A stretch of 64,000 nucleotides of DNA from IMG/VR virus record IMGVR_UViG_3300047320_000210, positions 1 through 64,000 of that record; one strand, given 5' to 3'. The stretch comes from a virus. Every line of letters begins with the position of its first letter. The first letter of the stretch is position 1. A model generated the notes under the pieces. It saw nothing but the letters and a program-made list of their open reading frames with translations, was not told the origin of the DNA and made no database searches. Below are positions 47,227 to 56,156 of the stretch, piece after piece. The position numbers and the translations under genes were made by a program.

Positions 47227-48321
47227 TCACGCTTCCTCTTCTTGCATAGCGGGCGCGGTGTCGGCCCAAAAGGCGTCGAACAGTTCGACCAGATCGGCGC
47301 GCTTGATCAGCTCGGCGCGGATCACCATGTCCAACTGGTGAAAGTCGTGGTCGGCCAGCGTCTCGCAGGTGCCGGCCTTGGTCACCTCGACACGGTTGCG
47401 CACGGCATACGGCTGGCAGACCTGCCAGAGCTTGCGCACCGCCCGGGCCAGATCCATCACCTGGCTGGCCGCCAGTTCACCGATGATTTCCACGAACTGG
47501 GCAAACCCCAGTACGTCAAAGTCAAAGTCCGGGGCGAGCAGGTCGTTGACATCGAGCAGCCGGAAGCCGGCCGCCTGCAGCCACACGGGGTGGAATTCGT
47601 GGCGGCCATCCGGGCGGATCAGCAACACGCGCTTGTCGGTGATGTCGCCGAAGCCGGTGGGGTGCGTGTTGCCGAGGATGATCACCCGCCCTTCCCAGTC
47701 TTCCCGGGGGTGGTGGTCGTGGCCGATCAGCAGGTAGTCGAAGCCGTCATCGAGCAGGTCCTTGGCCTGCTTGCGCGTCAACGACAGCGCGGTGTCGTCG
47801 GTGGCAAAGCCGGAGTCGTAGTTGCAGTGCAGGCACAAGTAGGCCTTGGTCAGCGACGGTTTGCTGCCGCGCACCCAGTCGCTGGCGGCCTTCAGCGATT
47901 CATGGAAAAGCTCATCGGTGCTGTGGTGCGGCACGAACAGGAACGCCACCCCCGGCAGCACGTAATGCACGAACCCCTGCGCCTCGCCGAACGGCGTCAG
48001 CTGAATCGGCCCGGCCTCCCCCTTGTGCAACAGTTGCAGGGTGCCGATACGGTCGCGGTCGTTGAGCAGGTCGTGGTTGCCCGCCATCAGGTAGTCCAGC
48101 CGCTTGGTGATTTTCATCCCCTGCCAGATCACGTCCTCCTGGTTCTGGTAGCGGTCGAACAGGTCGCCGAGGCAGACCTTCTTGGCCCGCGGGAAGCGAT
48201 CGAGGACGCCGAACACCTGTTCATACAGGCTGTCACGCAGGCGCCGGCGGCTGTCCGGGGTGGTGTGCGACACGAGGTTCTTGCCCAGGTGCGGGTCCGT
48301 GAACACGAGAATGTCCGTCAT
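47227..48321 (-). CDS. SbcD/Mre11-like nuclease
   Basis: DPHLG, GDLFD, GNHD, GHDH metallophosphoesterase motifs. Confidence 0.92.
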   Translation of the reverse strand: MTDILVFTDPHLGKNLVSHTTPDSRRRLRDSLYEQVFGVLDRFPRAKKVCLGDLFDRYQNQEDVIWQGMKITKRLDYLMAGNHDLLNDRDRIGTLQLLHKGEAGPIQLTPFGEAQGFVHYVLPGVAFLFVPHHSTDELFHESLKAASDWVRGSKPSLTKAYLCLHCNYDSGFATDDTALSLTRKQAKDLLDDGFDYLLIGHDHHPREDWEGRVIILGNTHPTGFGDITDKRVLLIRPDGRHEFHPVWLQAAGFRLLDVNDLLAPDFDFDVLGFAQFVEIIGELAASQVMDLARAVRKLWQVCQPYAVRNRVEVTKAGTCETLADHDFHQLDMVIRAELIKRADLVELFDAFWADTAPAMQEEEA

Positions 48322-48815
48322 CTGTATACCTTCTTCGCGGTGTACCGCGGGTTGTTCAATAGGGCTGCGGTGAAGCCGGTCTTGAAGGCTTCAAAGTCGG
48401 GGTAGATGTCGCAGACGCCGTCGGCCTTGAGGCGCATGTGCGGTTCGTTGCGGACGATGGCCACCGCCTCGCCGTCCCACAGTTCAACCGCCCCGGTGTG
48501 CTGCTGCCAGAACACGACGTGGGTGCTGGCCCCGGCGCGTGCCCAAATCTTCAGGTGCGAGGCCTGGTGATGGGCCAGCAGCTTGGACAGGCCGGCGGTC
48601 AGGCTGCTGTGCACCTCGCTGGACTTGAGTTCGAACAGGTGGCAGATCCCGCGCACGCAGGCGATGGTGTCGCCGGGTTGGTCCGGCAGGTAGGTGCCGG
48701 CCGAGTGGGTGTCGTAGAAGCGTGCGCTGGCCACCGGGTGCTTGTGCATCAAGTCCTTGAGGAACAAGCGGAATTGTTCCTCGAACTCCTTGCCCTTCTC
48801 TTGAGGTGTCTTCAT
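48318..48815 (-). CDS. PD-(D/E)XK nuclease, probable Holliday junction resolvase
   Basis: GKEFE...PGD...FELK. Confidence 0.7.
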   Translation of the reverse strand: MKTPQEKGKEFEEQFRLFLKDLMHKHPVASARFYDTHSAGTYLPDQPGDTIACVRGICHLFELKSSEVHSSLTAGLSKLLAHHQASHLKIWARAGASTHVVFWQQHTGAVELWDGEAVAIVRNEPHMRLKADGVCDIYPDFEAFKTGFTAALLNNPRYTAKKVYR

Positions 48816-50092
48816 TTGCTGATCGCCAGGATGCGTCGCGGCCGGGTGCAGGCCACGTTCAGGCATTGCAGGGATTCCAGGTAGTTTTTGTTCAGCAGGA
48901 TGTCAGCGGAGTCGACGAACACGGACTCGTAGGTCGAGCCCTGCGCGCGGTGGGCGGTGATCGCGTGGCTGGGGCGCACGTCGTGGATGGCTTCCTTGGC
49001 CTTCCAGAACGCCGGCCAGCCGCCGCCCGCCTTGGCGTTGTTGGACAGGTCGATGAGCAGGCGCTTGTGGGCGCGTTCCGAGCTTTCATGGATGACCCAG
49101 CAGGTCACCAGCATGTGGGCTTCCAGTTCCGGCTGGACCTCGACGCGGTAGCAGGTCAGTTCGGAGAACACCGGGTGCTGCTGGACATCGATCGAGAACA
49201 CCGTGCCCTCTTCGTCCGTGGTCATGAGTGTCTCTTTGCCGTCCGGGGACATGATCGGCTGGCAGACCACCACCCGCTCGCCCGGCTGGAACGGGGCCTC
49301 GGCGGCGAGCTTGGCGCCATACATGGCCTCGCGGATCATGCCGTTGTACATGGCCACGGTGTCGTTGCGCCAGGCGATCACCTTGATCGAGCCGGGGTCC
49401 TTCGCGTAGCTGTCGCTGGTGAAGGCGTCGACCGCCTTGGCCCGCAGCTTCTTGTAGTTGAGCAGGTAGACCCCACCCTTCTCGTCGTTTGCGCTGAACA
49501 GGTTCAAGGACACCCCGTGCAGGATGCACTCACGCATGTGCGTGGCCATGGCCAGAATCTGGTTGTCGTGGCGCTCGACCTTGGTCAGCTCACGGCGGTA
49601 GCCGATGTCGAACACCGGCGACTGTTCCTCCCCCACCGGTGGCAACTGGGTGCGGTCGGCCATGAACAGGAACTTCACCCCTTCGGTGCGGGCGGTGCGC
49701 TCGATGTGGTACATCAGCCCGTTGTTGGCCATCGAGCCTTCGTCGACGATCACCACGTTGTAGGCGCTGGCCTGGTTGAAACCCTCGGCTGCGCGCACCT
49801 GCTTGACCTCGCCGCTGTTGTCCATGCGCAACCCGAGCAGGGAGTAGATCGTGCGGGTCGGCACCATCCCCTGCAGCTCGGTCTCGCACATCTGCTTGAG
49901 GACCTTGGTCGCCTTGTTGGTCGGCGCGGTCATCACTACGCTCTGGCGCGTCTCGCGGCAGAAGGTCTGCGCGCTGGTACTTTTGCCCGTGCCGGCGCGG
50001 CCTTCAAGCATGAAATACGACTCTTCGCTCTCGGCGAAGGTGAGCATTTCATCCACGGCATCGCGCTGCTGGTCGTTCAGTTGAATAGTCAT
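48812..50092 (-). CDS. SF1B helicase, Dda/RecD-like
   Basis: GRAGTGKS, APTNKA, VDEGSM, QLPPV, AITAHRAQGSTY. Confidence 0.92.
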   Translation of the reverse strand: MTIQLNDQQRDAVDEMLTFAESEESYFMLEGRAGTGKSTSAQTFCRETRQSVVMTAPTNKATKVLKQMCETELQGMVPTRTIYSLLGLRMDNSGEVKQVRAAEGFNQASAYNVVIVDEGSMANNGLMYHIERTARTEGVKFLFMADRTQLPPVGEEQSPVFDIGYRRELTKVERHDNQILAMATHMRECILHGVSLNLFSANDEKGGVYLLNYKKLRAKAVDAFTSDSYAKDPGSIKVIAWRNDTVAMYNGMIREAMYGAKLAAEAPFQPGERVVVCQPIMSPDGKETLMTTDEEGTVFSIDVQQHPVFSELTCYRVEVQPELEAHMLVTCWVIHESSERAHKRLLIDLSNNAKAGGGWPAFWKAKEAIHDVRPSHAITAHRAQGSTYESVFVDSADILLNKNYLESLQCLNVACTRPRRILAISK

Positions 50093-53000
50093 GCGACCCA
50101 CCCCTCTTTGGCCCACTGGTCGAACAGCGCTTCAACCTTGCGCTGCGACGGTCGATCCCCCAGTTCGTTCTGGCTGGCGTCGTACCAGTTGCGCCCCACC
50201 GACACCTCGGCCAGCATCGGGATGACGTGGCCCGGCGGGGTGAGGTTCATCAGGTCCTGAGCGCGGGATGCGAACTCGAACACGTTGTCGATCGGCACCG
50301 AGTTGACCAGTTCGTCGTACACCGGCGCGATCAGGTGCGAGCGGGTCTCTTCGTAGAGCTGGGTGTGGTGGGCCTTGGTCAGCACCACCTTGAGGATGTC
50401 GGCGGCGCAGCCCTGGATCTGGTGGTTGTTGGTCTGGCGTTCTGCGCGGGCGCGCAGCGAACCGTCGCGGCTGAGAATGTTCGGGTCGCAATGTTTGCGG
50501 GTGCCGAAGGCGGTGGTGATGTACCCCTGCCGCTTGGCCACGGCGATGTTTTCCTGCTGCCACGGCGCGAGGCGCGGGTAGCCGGCGAACACGCCGTCGA
50601 TGATCTGCTGGGCGAACACCTGCGGGACGCCCAGTTTCATGCCCATGCTGAAGGCCTGACCGCCGTAGATGATCAGGAAGTTGACGGTCTTGGCCATCTT
50701 GCGGATCTTGACGATGACCTTGCCCAGCGGCAGCGCGAGGTCGCCGACCATTTCATAGACGTGGTCGCCGCCGTGCAGCAGGCTGACGAACTGCTCGTAG
50801 TCCATGCTGCCGGTTTCATCGAACGCCAGGCGCTTCAGGATCTCGCTACCCAGCGCCTTCTCCAGCACCTTGCCGGCAAACGTACAGCCGGTGACGGAGT
50901 GGATGTCCTTGAAGATCGCCCGGGTCATGCCGTCGTCGTCGACGTAGGTGCCGCCGCCGGTGTAGGCCTCGATCAGCACCGGGTCGCGCGACTCGCTGCC
51001 GGTAATGCGCAGTTCCTGCCCGCTGAAGTCGAGGGCGACGATGACGTGCCCCTTGAACCGCGGCAGGAAGATCGAGCGCAACGGCCCCTTGCTCACCGCG
51101 AGGATGTTCAGGCTGCTGCCGGCCGGGCGCCGCGTCTTGGTCCCGCAGTTGCGCGTGCCGGGGTGCCACACGCCGGTGGCTGGGTGCCGCCAGTGCGGGT
51201 ACTTGGCGTAATACAGCGACTGCCGGGTCATGCACTCCTTGGTTTCCAGCAGCAGCTGGAGCACTTCGCGGCGCCAGTCGCCCTCGGGGCAGTCCTCGGC
51301 GATGGCCGCCTGCATGGCGTCCTTGTCCGTTCCGGGGTTGCCTTCCAGGCCGAGTTCGTCGCGCCGGCTGCCCTTCTGCGGCAGGGTGCGCAGGCGCACC
51401 GGCAGCTGCAGTTTGCAATACAGCAGTTCCTGCATCTGCTTGGGCGAGTTCAGATTGAGTTCGTCGCCGGAGATTTCGCGCACACCGTCCTGGTGAATCA
51501 CCTCGCTCTCGATGAACGCCTTCAGCGCAAGGAACGCCTCGCCTTTGCGGGTGCGGATCTCGCCGGCGGCGGCCTGCACCAGCTCGACCAGCCGCGCCGC
51601 GCGGGGGTCGGTGCTGCCGCGTTGCTTGAGGTAGTTCTGGCTGGCCACCAGCCACGCGGTGATGCCCTTGGCACTGACGCCGGCCATGGCCACCGGCAGC
51701 CCGACCAGATCCGCCACGCGGGTGAAGCCCTTGTCGGTGGCGGTGAACTCGGCCGGGCAGAAGGTTTCGCAATACGGCCGGTACACCGAGCCCTGCCGCC
51801 AGCGCTCATAGGTCTCGGCGACCTTGGCCTGGGCCTGCGCCCGGTTCAGTTTGTCGTGCAGGTGCAGCTGCAGCAGGTTGTTGCCCTCGGCCAGCCGCAG
51901 GCCCTCGGCCCCGGTCTCGTCGATGTCCTTGCAGTGCTCGGCCAGCAGGCTGTGCATGCGTTCGTTGTTGTTCTTCACCACCTTCGCATCGGCGTCGGCC
52001 AGCTCGGTCATGCCCGGGCTGTCGAGCTGGACCCCGGTCTCAAAGCTGCGGTTGAACGGGTGGACGGTGAACCGGTCTTCTTCGTAGGCGAACTTCCATT
52101 GCTGTTCGAGTTTGAGGATGAAGAAGAACAGCACCGCCAGCCGCGCGGCGACAAAGGCGTCATCGCAGGCGTAGTGCAGCACCTGGGCGCCGGTCAGGTC
52201 GCGCATGTCGCGCGCGCCGAACTGGGCCATCAGGCTCGCGTACTCGACCTGGTCGTACTTCAGCCACTGGCGCGCGTGCGCCTTCAGGCCCTGCTCCATG
52301 TTCTCGTCGACGTAGGTGCCGAGCATCTGCGTGCACACCGGGCCGTCGAGCTGGAAATCGAGGTCCTGTTTGGTCAGCTGCTCTTCGAAGCGGGTGTTGT
52401 GCGCGACGAAGTCGAGGCCTGCGTCTTCGATGTCGAGCAGCAGGTCGACCAGCCGCACCTTGTCCAGGTTGGCCGTGTCGCGGTGCTGCACCGGCAGGTA
52501 AAAGGTGTGCTGCAGGTTCGACCCGTAGGTGAACGAGCCGCCGGTGAGGCGGGCCGACAGCACGTCGACGTAGCTCTTGACCGTGTCGGGCAAGGCCGGG
52601 CGCCAGTCATGGCCGAGCGAGTCATAGGTCTCGTAGTCAAAGCTGGCCAGCGGCGTGTCGCGCAGGCCCTCGGCATACGCGGCGTGCACTTCTTCCCAGT
52701 TGTCCGGGGTGACCAGGGTCATGGTCGGCATGTGCGGCGCGAAGTGCTCGAACAGGTCCGCATCGCCGGCGATCTTCAGCAGGTCCTGCACTTTGGTCGC
52801 GTCCGGTAAGCGCACGTACCATTCCGGGCGGATGATCTTGCGGCCCAGCGTGCCGTACAACAGTTCCGGGTGCAGCCCGGCCAGCGTGTACATCAGGCGC
52901 CAGGTGGTGCGGTGCTCGTAGATTTTGCGCAGCACCTTGCAGCCGGTGGCCTCGACCGCTTCCAGCAGAAAGGTGTAGTCGTTGCTGGCCACGCAGGCTT

Positions 53001-53655
53001 CCAGCTGCTCGATGCCGTCCCAGCCATAGGTGTCGACGAGGAACTTAAAGGCCGCCACCCCGACCTGCGGCACGCCGCCGTATTCGTCGGTCTTGTCCCC
53101 CACCAGCGACTTGTAGATGCGCACGTAGCGGACGGGGTAGCCTTCGAAGTCGTCGGCGGGCAGGGCCTTGACCAGCACCAGGGTGTTGTCGTCGGCCAGC
53201 TGCAGCAGGTCGCGGTCGACCGTGTGCACCAGCTTCTGGAGTTCGGGGAAGTAGCGGCAGAAGGCACCGATCACGTCGTCCGCCTCGACCCCTTCCACGC
53301 GCACGTTGAACGCGCCGCAGTAGGCGAGCAAGGCCTTGGCCATGTCGAGCATCTTGGTGAGCTGCGCCTCAACGGCGGGGTCTTTCTCTTCGGCGTGGCG
53401 CTTGGCTTTGTAGCCGGCGAACAGGCCTTCGCGGTAGTTGTTGCCGCCATCCCACACCGCGACGATGTTGAGCGGGGAGAAATCGTGAAGCAGGGGAATG
53501 AGATATGTGTCGAGGAAGCCGCGCAGACCATAGCCGGCCGAGTTCACCGGCTTGTCAGTCAACGGGCTCAATTTGGCGTCGGGGTCGATGCCCCGGTGGT
53601 AGGCGTGCATGAGCAAACCACGCACGTCGAGCAATGCAAGTCCTTGAATTTTCAC
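50089..53655 (-). CDS. polA: Family A DNA polymerase with 5'-3' nuclease and 3'-5' exonuclease domains
   Basis: EADDVI and DRDLLQL (5' nuclease); FDYET, AHN, YACDD (exonuclease); DFSGQELR, KTVNFLIIYG, VYDE (motifs A, B, C). Confidence 0.95.
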   Translation of the reverse strand: MKIQGLALLDVRGLLMHAYHRGIDPDAKLSPLTDKPVNSAGYGLRGFLDTYLIPLLHDFSPLNIVAVWDGGNNYREGLFAGYKAKRHAEEKDPAVEAQLTKMLDMAKALLAYCGAFNVRVEGVEADDVIGAFCRYFPELQKLVHTVDRDLLQLADDNTLVLVKALPADDFEGYPVRYVRIYKSLVGDKTDEYGGVPQVGVAAFKFLVDTYGWDGIEQLEACVASNDYTFLLEAVEATGCKVLRKIYEHRTTWRLMYTLAGLHPELLYGTLGRKIIRPEWYVRLPDATKVQDLLKIAGDADLFEHFAPHMPTMTLVTPDNWEEVHAAYAEGLRDTPLASFDYETYDSLGHDWRPALPDTVKSYVDVLSARLTGGSFTYGSNLQHTFYLPVQHRDTANLDKVRLVDLLLDIEDAGLDFVAHNTRFEEQLTKQDLDFQLDGPVCTQMLGTYVDENMEQGLKAHARQWLKYDQVEYASLMAQFGARDMRDLTGAQVLHYACDDAFVAARLAVLFFFILKLEQQWKFAYEEDRFTVHPFNRSFETGVQLDSPGMTELADADAKVVKNNNERMHSLLAEHCKDIDETGAEGLRLAEGNNLLQLHLHDKLNRAQAQAKVAETYERWRQGSVYRPYCETFCPAEFTATDKGFTRVADLVGLPVAMAGVSAKGITAWLVASQNYLKQRGSTDPRAARLVELVQAAAGEIRTRKGEAFLALKAFIESEVIHQDGVREISGDELNLNSPKQMQELLYCKLQLPVRLRTLPQKGSRRDELGLEGNPGTDKDAMQAAIAEDCPEGDWRREVLQLLLETKECMTRQSLYYAKYPHWRHPATGVWHPGTRNCGTKTRRPAGSSLNILAVSKGPLRSIFLPRFKGHVIVALDFSGQELRITGSESRDPVLIEAYTGGGTYVDDDGMTRAIFKDIHSVTGCTFAGKVLEKALGSEILKRLAFDETGSMDYEQFVSLLHGGDHVYEMVGDLALPLGKVIVKIRKMAKTVNFLIIYGGQAFSMGMKLGVPQVFAQQIIDGVFAGYPRLAPWQQENIAVAKRQGYITTAFGTRKHCDPNILSRDGSLRARAERQTNNHQIQGCAADILKVVLTKAHHTQLYEETRSHLIAPVYDELVNSVPIDNVFEFASRAQDLMNLTPPGHVIPMLAEVSVGRNWYDASQNELGDRPSQRKVEALFDQWAKEGWVA

Positions 53656-53736
53656 GGTCCACCCCTTTCCTTAGACGACAAGAGAGCATGCCGGCGGGCG
53701 TCGTGCCCGCCGGCAAACCACAGCTAGCCGTGAGGC

Positions 53737-54522
53737 TTAGGGGATCAGCGCGACAAATTTAAAGTCCCATGGGTAGAAGGGGAATTTCGCGGCGGTGACT
53801 TTCTCGCCACGGAAGAAGTGCGTCAGGTAGCCGTTAGGGTTGCGGCCGGTGCGGCTGCGCAGCTTGAACTTATAGCCAGCCCATCGGCCAATCGACATCG
53901 GCGACACCTGGACCACCACCGCATCGCCTTCCAGCTCCTTGCAATCGGCGGATTTCACGGTCTCGACCATCACGAACAGCTCGGCGTATTCCTTCAGCTC
54001 AGGCTTCAAGCCTTCGGCGCGCCACTCCGCGACGTGGGCACCGGCCTCGGTTTCCACGTTGTTGAAGTCTGCCTTGTCGTAGGCGAACACCACGTCGGCC
54101 TCGTCGTCGTTGCCGCAGCGCATGGCAAATTTCGCCTTCGACTGCAGGACGGTGCCGATGAAACCTTCCGTGGCCGAGAACGACTTGGTGGTCCCTACCA
54201 GCTGGAACTCCCCGTCTTTCAGGACGATGTTGGTGAAACTGGTGAAGTCGATGTGTCCCCCACCGAACCCCGCGTCTTCCATTTCCTGCATGGTTGCGGA
54301 CTGTCCGCCGACGCGCGCCACTTGACCTTCAGCGCGCGGGGCGACGTCGGTGCGGGTGGATTGCGGTGGCGGTTCGGCTGAGAGTTCAGTTTCCAGGACC
54401 GCCGGTCCCTCCAACACGGAGGCCTCGTCCTGCAAGGTGGTGTCGTTGTCCTGCGCCGCGTTGGCCTCGGCGGTCTGGACAGCTTCCTTGCTTACAGCAT
54501 TACCATCTTTGATGAGTGGCAT
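53737..54522 (-). CDS. Probable single-stranded DNA-binding protein
   Basis: Acidic N-terminus, AGGAG RBS, adjacent to the polymerase. Confidence 0.45.
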   Translation of the reverse strand: MPLIKDGNAVSKEAVQTAEANAAQDNDTTLQDEASVLEGPAVLETELSAEPPPQSTRTDVAPRAEGQVARVGGQSATMQEMEDAGFGGGHIDFTSFTNIVLKDGEFQLVGTTKSFSATEGFIGTVLQSKAKFAMRCGNDDEADVVFAYDKADFNNVETEAGAHVAEWRAEGLKPELKEYAELFVMVETVKSADCKELEGDAVVVQVSPMSIGRWAGYKFKLRSRTGRNPNGYLTHFFRGEKVTAAKFPFYPWDFKFVALIP

Positions 54523-54623
54523 TTTTGATACTCCTAGGTCTTCAGCTTCAACTTCAGCTTGTCGTTCTCAGTGCGGCTGTTCTCGCCGCTTGTTGTTCCG
54601 GCATGCCGGAATCCTGCACGGGC

Positions 54624-56156
54624 TTACGCCACGTTATAAAAGTGCCGCAGGGTGCGAGGATCGAGCGTGACCTGCCCGATGTCCTGATCCCTTCTGAGCA
54701 TGTTCTTGATCGCATTCGGCGCGAGGGTTTCCAGCGCCTTGAGCACGTAGATGTTGCACTGCCAGAGCTGGCCCGGCCGGACGACCCGGTCCATCGCCTG
54801 TTTGAATTCGCCCGGCGAGCCGGTCGGTTCGGCGAAAATTACCGTGTGGCTGACCGACTGGAAGTTGAAGCCGGCGCCGGCGGATCGCGGGTTGGCCACC
54901 AGCAGGCGGCAGGTCGGGTCGTTGAGGAACTTGTCGGTGTTGGCCTGACGCTGGGTCGGCGACAGGTCGCCGTTCATGGTCGCCGGGTTCAGGTCGGCGA
55001 AGAAGGTGGCGTAGCGCGCCACGGTCTCGCGGAAGTTGACGAACAGGATCACCTTCGATTCCGCGCCCACGCCCTCGACCAGCTCGCGGCAGGTGGCCAA
55101 CACCTGGTTGTCGATTTTCTGCCCGTCCTGCAGGAACAGTTCGGGGCAGGTCACGACCTGCAGGGACTTCTGTCGCAGGTCCTGTTCCTGCAACGCGGTG
55201 AGGATGGTGCCGTCACCCATGTCGAGGAAACGTTCCACGGTCAACTTGCGGTACAGCTCGCGGTGCGCCGGGCTCAACTTGATCGGCACTTCGGTGATGA
55301 TCGGTTCCTTCAGGTCACGCAGCTCGGGGATCGCGCTTTTCAGCACACGGCGGGCCTTGGCGTACAGGTTGGCCGACAGTTCGGCGTGGCGCTGGTAGCC
55401 GGCCAGCGTGCGTACCTTGCTGATGCGCTTGCCCCCCTTGGTGATCTTCGGCACCTTCAGGCGGATCAGGCGGAAGCGGCAGTGCCGGCGCAGGAACTGG
55501 TCGTAGGAGTCATACGCCCCGGGACTGAGGAAGGTCATCAGGGTGTAGCAATCGGTCAGGTAGGTGTGCATGGGCGTCCCCGTCATCGGGAAAAACGCCG
55601 TGTCCGGGGCCAGCGGGTCGCCGACGTACTCGCCGATGCGCTTGGCCAGCGTGCACTCCGGGGCCTTCCACTTCTGGCTCTCGTCGGTGATCAGCACGTC
55701 GTAGCCCTGCGCCTTTAGGGTCTGGAACAGTTTCTGGTGGGCGAACAGCTCATAGCTGAGCACCATCATTTCAGGCCAGCCGTCGACGTCCCACTGGGCG
55801 AACAGCTTGGCGCGCTTGGCCGGGGCTTCGTCCAGCACATGCACCTTCACGTACTTGTCGATGCCGTGGAACTCTTCGACCACGGACTCGGCGAACTGGT
55901 AGATCAGGGTGGCCAGCGTCAGCACCACGACCTTGTTGCCCATGCCGATGTAGTGCAGCGCGGCACCGACCACCGGAATGGTCTTGCCGGCGCCGGTCTC
56001 ATCGAGCAGGCCGTACCACTGGTGGTGCACGCACAGGCTCAGGCCGTCGACCTGGGTCTGGAACGGCGGGTGCTTCAGTTGCACGAACGGCGCGAACGCG
56101 GGATAGCGGTCGATGCCGGCGCGCTGGAAGTATTCAGCTAAAGTGGGACCCTGCAT
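54624..56156 (-). CDS. SNF2-like SF2 helicase
   Basis: DETGAGKT, DESQ, MTGTP, GAGFNFQ, QAMDRVVRPGQ. Confidence 0.92.
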   Translation of the reverse strand: MQGPTLAEYFQRAGIDRYPAFAPFVQLKHPPFQTQVDGLSLCVHHQWYGLLDETGAGKTIPVVGAALHYIGMGNKVVVLTLATLIYQFAESVVEEFHGIDKYVKVHVLDEAPAKRAKLFAQWDVDGWPEMMVLSYELFAHQKLFQTLKAQGYDVLITDESQKWKAPECTLAKRIGEYVGDPLAPDTAFFPMTGTPMHTYLTDCYTLMTFLSPGAYDSYDQFLRRHCRFRLIRLKVPKITKGGKRISKVRTLAGYQRHAELSANLYAKARRVLKSAIPELRDLKEPIITEVPIKLSPAHRELYRKLTVERFLDMGDGTILTALQEQDLRQKSLQVVTCPELFLQDGQKIDNQVLATCRELVEGVGAESKVILFVNFRETVARYATFFADLNPATMNGDLSPTQRQANTDKFLNDPTCRLLVANPRSAGAGFNFQSVSHTVIFAEPTGSPGEFKQAMDRVVRPGQLWQCNIYVLKALETLAPNAIKNMLRRDQDIGQVTLDPRTLRHFYNVA

